Of a stretch of 64,000 nt of DNA, positions 51,639 to 62,887 are shown piece by piece. Position numbers and translations under genes: made by a program. Under the pieces are notes generated by a model. That model made no database searches, was not told the origin of the DNA, and worked only from the letters and a program-made list of their open reading frames with translations. Origin of the DNA: Savitreella phatthalungensis (lineage: Eukaryota). The DNA lies in assembly GCA_051599415.1 (NCBI GenBank), contig AP039691.1:124001-188000 (forward strand), written 5' to 3'. Numbering within the stretch: the stretch's first letter is position 1; each line of letters starts with the position of its first letter.

Positions 51639-52502
51639 TCAAATGAGCCATGGAATGACAGCCTTCCAGCGAGGAGGAATCTCTTTCTTGTCGAACTTCT
51701 CTCGGTACCAACGCAGGCCACCGACCGCTCTCGGCAGCATGACGGCGATCTCCAGCGGCACAATCCACCAACCTTCAGGCTGGCCGAGCACAAGAGCATA
51801 TCCCGTCCACTCGATCCACTCAAGCAAGTAGTGCGGGAACGCCACTAAGGAGAACAGCCCACCTTTCGGAACCTCGTACTTCCGAGCTACCTCAACAGGC
51901 TTTTCTGACTTCGTCGGTTTGGCGACCTTCCGCCGGATCTGTGCCAAAGCATTATCGTGCCAGATATTGCCAATCATGCCGATCAAGAACACCAGCACTC
52001 CAATAGTGTACTGAAGCGAACCCGGCTGCGCGCTGGTGAGCACAGTCGCGCGCAGCAGGGCGATGGCCTGCAGATATCCATTCAGAAACTGCCAGCCGCT
52101 TGCCAACGCAAACACTGCGGGCCTCGACGGCGACATCGACGGCATCGTTAGCAGCGGGTAGATCGTCGCCCTGTGGATGTAATGACCGGCGAACATGGCA
52201 AAGGCCGTCAATCGTCCTGCATCCAGCTTCCCCAAGAGCTCGAAGACGGTCATCCCTCTAGCCTCCGCGGCCGCCGACAGCGTCCACAAGTACCGCACGA
52301 GCACCACATTCTCACTCACCAACCAAGATAACTTCCCTGGGATCTCCACACCATTCATGAATCGATATACCAAGCCTCGAACTCCACCTTCCTTGTTGCC
52401 AGCGTAGAAATCGTGGAACTTCCCAAACGGTGCAGGAACCAGCAGCATCAGCGGGCCTGTCAACCCAAGTAGCACAAACGCTTTTCCTTGCCAAGTATCC
52501 AT
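51639..52502 (-). CDS. 3-oxo-5-alpha-steroid 4-dehydrogenase (steroid 5-alpha-reductase family)
   Basis: APFGK, SWLVSE, HYIHRA, NGYLQ, NIWHDNALAQIR, YEVPKGGLF.LV.FPHYLLEWIEW.GYA, WYREKF, KAVIPW. Confidence 0.88.
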   Translation of the reverse strand: MDTWQGKAFVLLGLTGPLMLLVPAPFGKFHDFYAGNKEGGVRGLVYRFMNGVEIPGKLSWLVSENVVLVRYLWTLSAAAEARGMTVFELLGKLDAGRLTAFAMFAGHYIHRATIYPLLTMPSMSPSRPAVFALASGWQFLNGYLQAIALLRATVLTSAQPGSLQYTIGVLVFLIGMIGNIWHDNALAQIRRKVAKPTKSEKPVEVARKYEVPKGGLFSLVAFPHYLLEWIEWTGYALVLGQPEGWWIVPLEIAVMLPRAVGGLRWYREKFDKKEIPPRWKAVIPWLI

Positions 52503-52861
52503 CGTACAACAGCCAAAAATCCCGAGGATTGCTTGTCAGAGCCGAAGTTCCCGAGGATTGCTTCTCAGCGTCCCCTGGTCTGTGTTGACTCTTATGTCGT
52601 GACGTGCCTCCGAGATCCTGTGTGAGATCATGACACAAGGTCGGAATGCATTCGATCGAGATTGATTGATCTCGATCGATATCTGATATATTGATCGATT
52701 GAGCACGGGTGGGCGCGTGATTAAGGAACGAGCAAACAACAAATACACACACTCCAACCTACACTTCTGCAGAACGTACAGTCATCTCCGACTACGAAGG
52801 CATCCTCATAGACAGCTGTAGCTGTAACCTCAGAGTAAGAGACTAGATTGAGGCGCCGCGT

Positions 52862-54175
52862 ATGGCTGTAGATACAGCGCTGTATGATCTCCTGGGAGTC
52901 AGTCCAAGCGCAGGGCAAGATGACATCAAGCGCGCCTACCACAAGCTCGCTCGGAAAGCACATCCAGACAAAGTAGCTCCCGAAGAGCGCGAGGCCGCAT
53001 CTGCTACCTTTCGACAGATTCAGGAAGCATATGACGTTCTGCGTGAGCCAGAGTCACGCGCAGCATACGACGAGACAGGATACACAGGCAGCAATGGCAG
53101 CAACCCACATTCACAGTCAGGCGGCGTCGATCTAGACGATCTTTTCGCATCTATGTTCAGCGGTCCTCCAGGTGGCAGCGGTGGAGGCCATGCAGGCGCA
53201 TCGTTTGGTGGGCCAGGCAAGTATCCCGGCCGACGGGGAGGGAGACCGCAAAAGGTGGATGCGGAGCATGACTACCCAGTCACCCTGAACGACCTGTACA
53301 AGGGCAAATCCACAAAGCTTCGAGGCGTGCGCAACAAGCTGTGTCCCGTCTGCCACGGGTCCGGCTGCAGAACAGGACACAAACCGTCAGCGTGTGCATC
53401 GTGCGACGGTAAAGGTACAAAGGCGGCATCGATGATGTTAGCACCAGGCATGTACACGCAGCAGCAAGTCGAGTGCCCTTCGTGCTCCGGTACAGGCGAA
53501 GCCATCAGGGACCGCGACAGATGTAAGAAGTGCAAAGGAGCAAAGGTCGTGGATGAGCCGAAATTGATGGAAGTGTACATCGACCGGGGTGCACACGACG
53601 GTGACCGAATTGTTCTTAGAGAAATGGCAGACCAAGTCCCAGGAGGCGAGACAGGCGACGTCATCATCACACTCCGCCAGAAACCACACGACATCTTCGA
53701 CAGGCGAGGCTCAGACCTCCAAGCTACCATCCACATCACCCTCGCCGAAGCACTCACAGGCTTCTCCCGCGTCGTCCTCACACATCTCGACGGTCGCAAA
53801 CTACGGTATACCTCAAAACAGGGCACTGTCGTCAGGCCAGACGACGTCTTGGTGGCTCGCGGGGAAGGCATGCCTTTGGGAAAACGCAGGGATGGATTTG
53901 GTGACTTGTACCTGGTGGTAAAGGTCGATTTCCCATCGGATGACTTCCTTAGCGAGCGAGGTGAATACCAGCGTCTAGCCCAGCTACTTCCCCAGAAGAC
54001 TCTCCCAGCCCAATCGAATGGCACACCGGCAGACCCAGAAGCCATCGAGGACGAACTCGATCTCGCAAAGGCAAATCTAGATGAGTTTGGTGGCGACTAC
54101 GCCGAAGACGAAGACTGGGAAGACGAAGATGGTGCACACCCAGATCCCAACGTCACTCAGTGTGCGCAGCAGTAA
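52862..54175 (+). CDS. Type I DnaJ/Hsp40 (Ydj1/Xdj1-like) with a CaaX box
   Basis: J-domain with HPD, G/F region, four CxxCxGxG-type motifs, C-terminal CAQQ. Confidence 0.93.
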   Translation: MAVDTALYDLLGVSPSAGQDDIKRAYHKLARKAHPDKVAPEEREAASATFRQIQEAYDVLREPESRAAYDETGYTGSNGSNPHSQSGGVDLDDLFASMFSGPPGGSGGGHAGASFGGPGKYPGRRGGRPQKVDAEHDYPVTLNDLYKGKSTKLRGVRNKLCPVCHGSGCRTGHKPSACASCDGKGTKAASMMLAPGMYTQQQVECPSCSGTGEAIRDRDRCKKCKGAKVVDEPKLMEVYIDRGAHDGDRIVLREMADQVPGGETGDVIITLRQKPHDIFDRRGSDLQATIHITLAEALTGFSRVVLTHLDGRKLRYTSKQGTVVRPDDVLVARGEGMPLGKRRDGFGDLYLVVKVDFPSDDFLSERGEYQRLAQLLPQKTLPAQSNGTPADPEAIEDELDLAKANLDEFGGDYAEDEDWEDEDGAHPDPNVTQCAQQ

Positions 54176-54377
54176 GTCAATCGCAGCAATGTCTCCCGCA
54201 TCTTCTGCCTATAGCCCCTGGGACGTAGATAGACCCATACTCGCCGTCTCAATCTACCGTGCAACTCTATATCGAGCTCGTGTACTATAGGCTGTGCACT
54301 GTCAAATTAATTTCAATTTACAAAGATTCAAGTGTGCCTGTGACGACACATTCTGCTACTGGAAGCGCGTCTTCCCC

Positions 54378-55304
54378 ATGGATCCTAGAGCTGTAGCTGA
54401 GCTGCAGAGGCTGTATGCTGCTCGGCAGTCACCCGACGAAGATGCAGAAGTTTCTGCTCCGAGACGAGAGACAAAGCGCCGTCGTCTCTCTGCTGCTACA
54501 GAAGACGCACATGATACAGGCAATGTGACGGACGACGAGTTTGATGAAGCGCTTGCCGATGCTAGCTCACAGGCTGATTCTGATGCGTCTGACGACGACG
54601 CTGTCGAAGTCGTCTCGTTCAACGACGCTGCCTACTCACAGCCTGCACTCATGGGCTCCTCCAAAGCAGGCTATCGAGCGATGATATCCGGCAAGCTTCC
54701 AACCATCGGAATCGACAAAGCAGTGAGCACAAAATCAAAGGATGACGGTGGAGAGTCTGGCGACGACGAGATTGAGAACCTGAAAAACGATCGCGAGCTG
54801 CAGCGCTTGCTACGTGAGTCACACCTGCTTCAGGAGCAGCACGCGCTCGAAGGTGGGTCTGGCGGAGCGGGGACACCAACATCGCTCGAGCTGCGCGGGA
54901 AGCAGCGGCACAAGGCACAGCTCGCTCAACTGCTTGATCTACCTGGTGCGGCAAAGACGCTGTCGAAGCAGACGCGCGTCAACATGCCGCAGAAGATGAG
55001 GCTCAACATGGCTCGCGCTCAGCAGGAACGAAAAGATCGAGCTGACAAGCATGCTCGCGACAACGGTATCATCAATGCAAGAGACAAGACCAAGTCACGC
55101 GAAGCACAAGACCAAGCAAAGCGTGTCAAGACGAGAAATGTCAAGCGAGGAACCCTTGGAGAACTCTCGATCGGCAAGTACAAAGCAGGCAAGCTCACAC
55201 TCTCGCAAAGGGATATTGATCGCGTTTCCGGGAGCGGTACATCGGCCAAGGGAAAAGGCAAGCGTGGCACTCGTGGTTCTGCAGGCATCAAGATGCGCAT
55301 CTGA
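54378..55304 (+). CDS. Faf1-like pre-rRNA processing protein
   Basis: Acidic N-terminus, ENLKNDRELQRLLRESHLL, GKQRHK, MP.KMR, ARDNGII, SIGKYKAGKLTLS..DI. Confidence 0.7.
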   Translation: MDPRAVAELQRLYAARQSPDEDAEVSAPRRETKRRRLSAATEDAHDTGNVTDDEFDEALADASSQADSDASDDDAVEVVSFNDAAYSQPALMGSSKAGYRAMISGKLPTIGIDKAVSTKSKDDGGESGDDEIENLKNDRELQRLLRESHLLQEQHALEGGSGGAGTPTSLELRGKQRHKAQLAQLLDLPGAAKTLSKQTRVNMPQKMRLNMARAQQERKDRADKHARDNGIINARDKTKSREAQDQAKRVKTRNVKRGTLGELSIGKYKAGKLTLSQRDIDRVSGSGTSAKGKGKRGTRGSAGIKMRI

Positions 55305-55358
55305 TTCGATGTGATGTGATTCGGTCTCAATATGACGTCGGATTGTGATGCATCCTTC

Positions 55359-55679
55359 TCACTTCTGTTCTGCGACTTTGGACTTCTCGGCGCCTTGCTG
55401 CTCCATACCCTCGCAGCCGACAAGTGATCCGATCTTCTGCTCGAGCGCTCCCTCTCTCGCCAGACTGTCTGTTGGCTGACGGGTGTTTGAGACATCGGTG
55501 TCCACGCGATCGCTCCGCTCAGCAGCCTCGCGCATCTGACTCTTCGCCTCTTCCTGAATCTCCTTGCCGGAAGTCTGCCATGCAGCGCTTCCTGTCAGAT
55601 TCCCAATCGTCTCCTCAGCTGCACCCTTGGCGTAAGCGGCGTGCGAAGCGACCAATCCAGGCTTGTTCTCTGACGACAT
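55359..55679 (-). CDS. CsbD-like small stress protein
   Basis: YAKGAAEETIGNLTGS.AWQTSG and EGALEQKIGSLVGCEGM repeats. Confidence 0.75.
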   Translation of the reverse strand: MSSENKPGLVASHAAYAKGAAEETIGNLTGSAAWQTSGKEIQEEAKSQMREAAERSDRVDTDVSNTRQPTDSLAREGALEQKIGSLVGCEGMEQQGAEKSKVAEQK

Positions 55680-56196
55680 GACTAGACAGATGATCTTCTA
55701 CGCTCGTTTGTTCGGAGGTGTTGGATCTAAAGGTGAAAACTCGGAGGGATGCTCCGTTGCTGAGCTTGGGAAGACGTCGAGAGGTGCTTGCTTGGAAGTG
55801 AGTAGGCGCATGATGTCACTCGGATCGTACTCTCAGTACACGTGATTTGTACGAAAGGAAATCAGCTCTCACGTGGACACCAACCCAGAGAAAGTCTCAA
55901 AAAAGGTGGCAACACTCGAAGTCAAAGAAGATACCATCCAGTCAGAAGATTCCTGTTCCCATACGCTCGCTCTCTCGAATACACTCACCCGCTCACGGGT
56001 CAACTCAAGTCACATGCTCTTTTCCTCCGAAGTGTTTTGCGGGAACACGCAAGTCGGATCGCTCCCGGCAACGCGAAATGTCATAGGGTGGTCCCCAGCC
56101 AATATCTGGGCTTCAATGAGGACCAAGGACCTTCCGTCCTGTGCGTCCTTTCTCTTTCACGCAGGCCTGTCCTGAGCTGTTATATCCCGAACACTG

Positions 56197-57240
56197 ATGT
56201 GGGGACGTTTGCAAGCGTCACTCTCGCCCATGCTACTAGCGCTCTTTCAACTACCACTCCTTGCCGTTGGCGAAATTCGGACACAGCTGGAATCACCCTG
56301 GCATTTGGAGCGCATCTCACGGCCTTATTCGCTTGTTCCAGACGATGGCCGCAACATCTGGGAGCGTGATATCTCTAGGAACGAATACGAGTATCGCTAT
56401 GATAACGGCGCCCGCGGTACAGGCGTCCTCGCATTTGTCCTCGATCTCGGCGTTCAGAACAGTCAATTCACTTTGCAAGGACATACTGAAACTCCTCCTG
56501 AAGCAGACTTCTCCCGCTTCTATGACCGCTGGTTCCATAAGTACATGATACTGGAGGAACCACTTGAGCACGGCACCGCTGTTGCAGGCGTCCTCGGTGG
56601 CAGGGGAATCGGTGTTGCTCCAGAAGCACAGATGATTTCTGTCCGAGTAGGTCGACTTTATGGCATGATCAGCATCGTCTCTGCGATACAGTACATCTCA
56701 CACCGCATCATTCGAGATCGCAAACCTGCAGTCGTCAATTTCTCGCTCGGTACACGGCTCAATCATCCTTTCGTTCGCGCCATTCTACGTCTTCAAGCCT
56801 TAACGAATGCGCACATTGTCTCTGCTGCGAGCAATAGCAATGGCAACACCTGCAGATTCACTAGCATAAATTGGCTTCACGAAGTCATCACAGTTTCCGG
56901 CACCGATTCGGACGACAACTACATTGACCCGGGTCCGTCGGGCTCGTGTATCGACATTCTTGCTCCGGCGGTAGACATACCCACAGCTCGAGCCAGTCCG
57001 AGATCCGACGTGAGCATGTTACTAGTCACGGGCAACTCGGTGGCTGCGCCGCTCGTCTCAGGCGTCCTTGCGTGCTGGCTGTCGAATCAGCGCCTCGCGC
57101 CATCACTCAACCCGCCACGTGCAAAGGCCTTGCTGAGGTCGAACGCTTGGCACGATGAGATTCATGACTTGCCCCGCGATGTGCCTAACCTGTTACTGCG
57201 CTCAGTCCTGCAAGGTAATCTCCCAAATTCATCGCCCTGA
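56197..57240 (+). CDS. Secreted S8 subtilase (proteinase K-like) #1; triad intact, no I9 prodomain
   Basis: Signal peptide then PWHLERIS; FVLDLG (Asp codon at 56443), EHGTAVAG (His at 56569), AASN, GNSVAAPLVSG (Ser at 57037), VPNLLL. Confidence 0.88.
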   Translation: MWGRLQASLSPMLLALFQLPLLAVGEIRTQLESPWHLERISRPYSLVPDDGRNIWERDISRNEYEYRYDNGARGTGVLAFVLDLGVQNSQFTLQGHTETPPEADFSRFYDRWFHKYMILEEPLEHGTAVAGVLGGRGIGVAPEAQMISVRVGRLYGMISIVSAIQYISHRIIRDRKPAVVNFSLGTRLNHPFVRAILRLQALTNAHIVSAASNSNGNTCRFTSINWLHEVITVSGTDSDDNYIDPGPSGSCIDILAPAVDIPTARASPRSDVSMLLVTGNSVAAPLVSGVLACWLSNQRLAPSLNPPRAKALLRSNAWHDEIHDLPRDVPNLLLRSVLQGNLPNSSP

Positions 57241-57541
57241 AACTGAGCACACCGAGTCATCCATCGAGACCTGCACGCTGTGCACCACAAGACCGGTCGC
57301 ATGACCCCTGGTCAACATACCGAAAATCCTTCATGTGCTAGGGTCGTCCATTCCACGACCGTACATGCCGCAAGTAAACTTGTCACATGGCAATACTGCC
57401 TTTCAGACCTGACTTGTATGTCCCGGTCGATGTGCGATCCATGCTCTCGATGCTGCTTGTGTCCGGCTCAGCTAGTCTTGCATCGTTGAACTATCATTTC
57501 AATTGACTTAGGTGGACACAGGCCTGCACGCCGAGTCCGCA

Positions 57542-58624
57542 ATGACAAGCTCCGCTGCAGGACTGCTGGTTTTATTCTTCATTGATTGCGCCCATGCCGT
57601 CTTCCTAAGCGATGTCGGTACTTGGGGTTTGGAACGCATCTCGCTCGCACCATGGCACACCGGCGTGAGTCGATGGAGTACTCGGGATCGATCGCCCTCT
57701 TCTGCGGACTTCGTTTACAACTACGACTCGCGTATGGAAGGCGCACGAACAAGGACATATATCATCTCGGCCGGCGTAGACTGCCATCATCGCGCGATCG
57801 AACACAATGCTCAATGTCGACTTCTCGCAGATTTCCGACGCCATCGCGAAGAGCCGGATGAGCGGGCGACTTCGATGCGCATGGGTACGGCAATAGCAAG
57901 TATCGTCGCAGGGTCCATTGTTGGCGTTGCAAGAGAATCACGGGTGTTCTCCGCCAGAGTCGACCGCGGCGCGACAGTTTCGAGTATCATCGACGCGCTT
58001 GGGTGGGTAGAAAATCACGTCTACTTTGCCCACTGGCCAGCCTCACTCCTATTGGGCTATCAGATACCCAACAATCTAGCTCTTACTCGAGGTCTTGAAC
58101 GACTCTACCATCGTGATGTCTTCATTACGGGTTACGCAGTCATAGGCTCAATCAACACCTGTGACGAGGCTTTGATCCACAACATGGACGAAGTCATGAC
58201 GGTCAGTGGCACGGACGCCGATGACCGGTACATGCCATCGCCACTCAGCCCGCGTGGAGGCTGCATCGACATACTAGCTCCGTCAGTCGAGGTGCCTGTG
58301 GCTTACTACGATCCTGAGGCCGTCGACCTCCTTGTCTCTTCAACCCATCCAGCAATCGGTGCCGCCTTCGTCTCCGGCGTCACCAATACTTGGCGCTCTC
58401 TACCACGATTCAGACACTTCCCGCCGACTCAGATCAAGCGCATGCTTCATGGCTCAGCGTGGCATAACAGTATCTCTGGCGTACCCCAGGAGGTGCCCAA
58501 CCTCCTCCTCAGGTCATTCCTGCCGCCGTCGATGACACGAGACGTGCCAAATGACCCAGGTGATGTTGAAGACGGTCCTGAAATCGGACTCGGCCACGAT
58601 GGCGGTCTCGCTCAAGATCAGTAG
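57542..58624 (+). CDS. Secreted subtilase-like pseudoprotease #2
   Basis: TWGLERIS; YIISAGV (D>S), MRMGTA (H>M), THPAIGAA (Ser lost); CIDILAP, VPNLLL. Confidence 0.85.
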   Translation: MTSSAAGLLVLFFIDCAHAVFLSDVGTWGLERISLAPWHTGVSRWSTRDRSPSSADFVYNYDSRMEGARTRTYIISAGVDCHHRAIEHNAQCRLLADFRRHREEPDERATSMRMGTAIASIVAGSIVGVARESRVFSARVDRGATVSSIIDALGWVENHVYFAHWPASLLLGYQIPNNLALTRGLERLYHRDVFITGYAVIGSINTCDEALIHNMDEVMTVSGTDADDRYMPSPLSPRGGCIDILAPSVEVPVAYYDPEAVDLLVSSTHPAIGAAFVSGVTNTWRSLPRFRHFPPTQIKRMLHGSAWHNSISGVPQEVPNLLLRSFLPPSMTRDVPNDPGDVEDGPEIGLGHDGGLAQDQ

Positions 58625-58842
58625 CGTCATCGACATCCGGCTGGCCCGCCTGGTCACGGCCCACACGCACAGCTCGCACCCGATGCATAATCAATCTGCT
58701 TTCAAACACCCTAAAAGTAAGACTCGATGACCTCCTCATGCTAATGAGCCAAATGAGCAGATGACCTCTTTCAGTATCATCATCTGCAATCGATGAATGT
58801 ACATTTACATCTACATCGACGCCTGCTGGCCTCACTCGCTCG

Positions 58843-59877
58843 ATGCTTGCACCCTTGACGATTTGTGTCGTGTTACCCTTGGCTACTGCTGACAACAGAT
58901 ATGTGCGTCTGGCTGATTCATCCTGGCCACTCGAACGCATCTCTCAGGCACCTTGGTCCGGTGGGCCTCATGTCTGGGATCTTGGCGATCGATCTGTGGT
59001 TGACCTGAACTTTCACTATACAGTCGACTACGACCTCCGCGGACGAGGCGTCAACGTCTACGTTCTCTCCAACGGCGTCGATTGCCAGCATAGGATCATG
59101 CTCCACAGAGCCATCTGTCCGAATCGAGGCGACTTCAGTGGCACATCTGGCTCATCCTCGACCGAAGAGCATTCTTCTCGCTCCATGCGCATCGGCACCG
59201 CCGCTGCAAGTGTCGTCTGCGGCGACAGCGTCGGATCAGCCGCATCAATCCTCAGGCTCAGCTCTACGAGAGTCGCCACTACCACAGCCCTCAGTACCAT
59301 CATCCGTGCCCTCCAATACCTAAGCTACAGTCGGGGAATGCATCTCGGCCCAATGATCGTCTTGCTGACGATCCAGCTGCCCAGGCAAGACGCAGTCGCA
59401 GCTGCCATTCGACATTTGTACGAGCGAGCAGAAATCACGATCGTCGTCCATGCAGCCCATCAATCCATGGATGCCTGCGACAACAGTCTGATTCAAAGCA
59501 TGGATGAAGTCATCACAGTAAGTGGCACTGATGCGTACGATCGCTACATCTCAGAAACCACCGGTATTCACCCGACGGGCAACTGTATCGACATCCTCGC
59601 TCCGGCGGTCAACGTTCCGGCTGCATATTACGACGCGGTCGATAAGACACTGCTCGCAGCCATGAATCACACGATCTTAGCCGCTGGTCTTACGACCGGT
59701 GTCATCGCTACTTGGCTTGAGCACTTCCGCGAGTACAATCCAGTCCAAGTCAGGAGGCTTCTCCAAGGCACTGCTCGGCACAACCAAGTCAGAGGAGTTC
59801 CCGAAGGCGTTCCAAATCTGCTCATTCGATCGCTCCTACCGCCATGGGTAATTGATCCTCACGATAGAACGATCTGA
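58843..59877 (+). CDS. Secreted subtilase-like pseudoprotease #3
   Basis: SWPLERIS; YVLSNGV (D>S), MRIGTA (H>I), NHTILAA (S>I); CIDILAP, VPNLLI. Confidence 0.85.
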   Translation: MLAPLTICVVLPLATADNRYVRLADSSWPLERISQAPWSGGPHVWDLGDRSVVDLNFHYTVDYDLRGRGVNVYVLSNGVDCQHRIMLHRAICPNRGDFSGTSGSSSTEEHSSRSMRIGTAAASVVCGDSVGSAASILRLSSTRVATTTALSTIIRALQYLSYSRGMHLGPMIVLLTIQLPRQDAVAAAIRHLYERAEITIVVHAAHQSMDACDNSLIQSMDEVITVSGTDAYDRYISETTGIHPTGNCIDILAPAVNVPAAYYDAVDKTLLAAMNHTILAAGLTTGVIATWLEHFREYNPVQVRRLLQGTARHNQVRGVPEGVPNLLIRSLLPPWVIDPHDRTI

Positions 59878-60035
59878 ATTAGTCACAGCGGCGTGGCAGC
59901 CAGTCATGCGCATCTCAAGATAACTGTTCCTCCGGCTTCGGCATGTTCATATGATCACATGATTGTCCGACCGTCATCGCAATGCCGTCTTCCTGTGCCG
60001 TCAAAGACGAGCGTACTCCCGCCCAGCAAGGCAAT

Positions 60036-61067
60036 ATGCGGGCATTCTTGCCAGTGCTGTTACAGTTCGCGACTCTGGCCCTGTTCGCTGCCGGATGGAT
60101 CGATTCGGAACGGTCTATCTGGCCGCTTGAGAGAATCTCACGAGCGGGCTCGCTCCATCCAGGAGATGGTATGAACATCTGGATCAGGTCCGTGGACTCT
60201 CCTGACTACACATACAGATTCGACGTAACGATGACTGGCAGAAACACAATAGCGTACGTCATCTCAACCGGTGTCGACTGCGACCATATCACGCTAGAGG
60301 GTAAAGCACATTGCCTCTCCAGTGCAGACTTTCACAACCCCGCGGAAATCGGTGTAACTACCGCCGGATCACTCTTCTGGGGCACAGCCACCGCCAGTCT
60401 CATTGCTGGCGACATCTTTGGTGTTGCCAAAGACGCAGAAGTCGTTTCCGTCAGGCTAGGAGGCCCAGTGACGGCGATCAGCGAAATCATCAACGCTCTT
60501 CAGTGGATTTTGCATGACTACTCGCAGAGACACCAGCCAGCCTCCCTCCTCATGACCTACACTATACCTATGCGCCCTGATTTAGCCAGCATCATTGACC
60601 GGCTCGTCATGCAAGCCAACATCGCCGTTGTTGGTCACGCCATCAACGCCTCGATTGATACGTGTACCGGCATGATACACTCCCTATCGCAGTACATCAC
60701 GGTCAGCGGTTTAGATCACTGGGACCACTACATGGAGCCGGACACGCCGTTCGGCAGCTGTATTGACATCCTTGCCCCTGCCATGGAAGTACCGGCCGCT
60801 GTCCACACGCCAGACAGCAATGACGAGATGGCCATGCTCAGTCATACATCGCTTGGAGCCGCTCTTGTTCTTGGCGTTGTCAACTGCTGGAGGTCACATC
60901 CGCAGCTTTACCGTCTTCAAGTAAGGCACTTGAGATACTTGCTGCGTGAGTACGCATGGGCACATGAGATTGTTGACGTGCCGGAAGGCGTATCAGACCT
61001 ACTCTTACATTCTATTCTTCCTCTCGGCTGGCGGTCAATGCTCTCTCCGGACTCCTTTGCTTCGTAG
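60036..61067 (+). CDS. Secreted subtilase-like pseudoprotease #4
   Basis: MRAFLPVLL signal; IWPLERIS; YVISTGV (D>S), FWGTA (H>W), HTSLGAA (Ser kept); CIDILAP. Confidence 0.85.
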   Translation: MRAFLPVLLQFATLALFAAGWIDSERSIWPLERISRAGSLHPGDGMNIWIRSVDSPDYTYRFDVTMTGRNTIAYVISTGVDCDHITLEGKAHCLSSADFHNPAEIGVTTAGSLFWGTATASLIAGDIFGVAKDAEVVSVRLGGPVTAISEIINALQWILHDYSQRHQPASLLMTYTIPMRPDLASIIDRLVMQANIAVVGHAINASIDTCTGMIHSLSQYITVSGLDHWDHYMEPDTPFGSCIDILAPAMEVPAAVHTPDSNDEMAMLSHTSLGAALVLGVVNCWRSHPQLYRLQVRHLRYLLREYAWAHEIVDVPEGVSDLLLHSILPLGWRSMLSPDSFAS

Positions 61068-61472
61068 GCCCGCTCCGTCCGTCACATCCGGACTTGCCAA
61101 GCGCCTGACTTCCGCCTCGGTCGACTTCAGTGTCAATAAGTCCCTCTCAGTCTCATCATCTGACCCGTAGCCGCAACATCACCTGACAATGCTCGCTTGA
61201 CCTTATCCTTGACGTCCGTTTCAGCTTTCATACCTCGCTCAACCTCCAACACATCCGCATCCGACAACACAATACGTTGACTACGCGTAGTAACAGAGTA
61301 CTGACACGCTCACTTCAACCACAAACTCACCGATGTATGACCACCTGGCATTGCGAAGCTGCCAAATAACCGATCTAAGGGATACACGGTACATCAAGAC
61401 GCGATCCCTGATCTCTAGCTCAAAAGTCCTCAAGTCTTCTAGCCTTGTTCTCAAGGCCTAAGATCTCTTGCG

Positions 61473-62576
61473 ATGATGCTTCCTCCACTATATGTATTTG
61501 TGCAGTCGTTCGCCGTCTGGTATGGCATACATCAGCTTTCGTCGGCAGAGACCCTCACGATGCAGACTCCAAGCTGGGCGCTCGAACGCATCTCTTTCCG
61601 ACGGCAACCCATCGATCCACAAATCACCAACTCACGAGAGAGAATGTCAAGCCGGAGGTTCACCTACATATGGGATTCGCAGGCGCAAGGCAGAAACACA
61701 GATGTCTACGTCTTTGGTACAGGAATTGCTTGCCACGCTCCGTTCTTCACCAGAGGTCACGTTGTCTGTGACCCTGGTGCAGACTTTCATCGAGGCATCT
61801 TTACTCGCAGTGCACCAGCACTCCATATCATACGCTCTACTCTCGATGAGTCCGGAACCGCTCTATCGTCCCGTGTAGCTGCCGTCGTAGGCGCTACGGA
61901 AGTCAGTGTCGCTCGTCAAACTACGGTCAGAGCAGTCAAGATCAGCTCTCCAAGGCTACGCAGATTTCACACAACCAACTTGATCGATGCGCTCGACTAC
62001 GTCCACCACAGGCATACTGTCCTTCGCGCGCATGCGCACATCCCTATCATCATCTTGACCTTTTCAGCAGACCGTATGCAAGCGATAGACACGGCCTTCG
62101 CCCGTGTTCTTCAGGCCAGAATTAGCATCATCATTGGCCACGGTGAGCAAGAGAGGAACTCTTGTGAGGATACACCAAACTACATGGCAGGAGCCATTGT
62201 CGTTGGGGGATCCACAGTCATGGATGGCTGGATGGCCGAGCAAGGTAGCGAAGAGTCTTCGAACTGTGTCGCAATCATAGCGCCCGCTGAACGAGTCCTC
62301 TCAATGTTCTACGACTTCAGAGCTCGAGAGCAGTGGTACGTGCGGGACTCAAATACCGTCTTCAGCGCGGCCCTCGTCGCCGGCACACTTGCTACTTGGC
62401 TCTCATATCCAGTGATCTCCAGGCGTCCTGATCTCACGCCAGAACGACTCAAAGCTCTCTTACAGATCCAAGCGAACGACAATCAGATCTCGAATGTGCC
62501 ACCGACCGTACCGAACCTGCTTTTGTTTGCACGTGTACCAGAGTATCCATCGGGGATGGCCGCAGCCGCTGCTTAG
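61473..62576 (+). CDS. Secreted subtilase-like pseudoprotease #5
   Basis: SWALERIS; YVFGTGI (D>G), ESGTA (H>S), NTVFSAA (S>V); VPNLLLFARVPEYPSGMAAAAA. Confidence 0.82.
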   Translation: MMLPPLYVFVQSFAVWYGIHQLSSAETLTMQTPSWALERISFRRQPIDPQITNSRERMSSRRFTYIWDSQAQGRNTDVYVFGTGIACHAPFFTRGHVVCDPGADFHRGIFTRSAPALHIIRSTLDESGTALSSRVAAVVGATEVSVARQTTVRAVKISSPRLRRFHTTNLIDALDYVHHRHTVLRAHAHIPIIILTFSADRMQAIDTAFARVLQARISIIIGHGEQERNSCEDTPNYMAGAIVVGGSTVMDGWMAEQGSEESSNCVAIIAPAERVLSMFYDFRAREQWYVRDSNTVFSAALVAGTLATWLSYPVISRRPDLTPERLKALLQIQANDNQISNVPPTVPNLLLFARVPEYPSGMAAAAA

Positions 62577-62887
62577 CTTGAGCCCGAGACAGAGCCTGAC
62601 CTCAGCCCTCTATCAGCGTATCACGAGAGCCTCAAGAACAAACATCGCCTCGTCGCGTTTAGGCCTCGTGCGTCGCCGATTGAGATAAGGCACCCTAAAT
62701 GCGTTCCTGTTCTCACCCATCCGTCCCTTTCGGCCCGTAAGATTCGCGTCTCAGGCCGTGCACAATATTCCACTTCAAACGTCCGAGCCTCAGATCTCTC
62801 AGTCCCAGACTTCTTTGATAAAGCTCCAGATCTTCTCGATCTTCGCCATTTTCACTCAACTCAACTCACTTCATATACTAGCTCGCG

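Noticed and set aside
52520..52563. 15-bp direct repeat TCCCGAGGATTGCTT upstream of the steroid reductase gene
   Set aside because: Only two copies, with no element between them to suggest a target-site duplication or a known motif.
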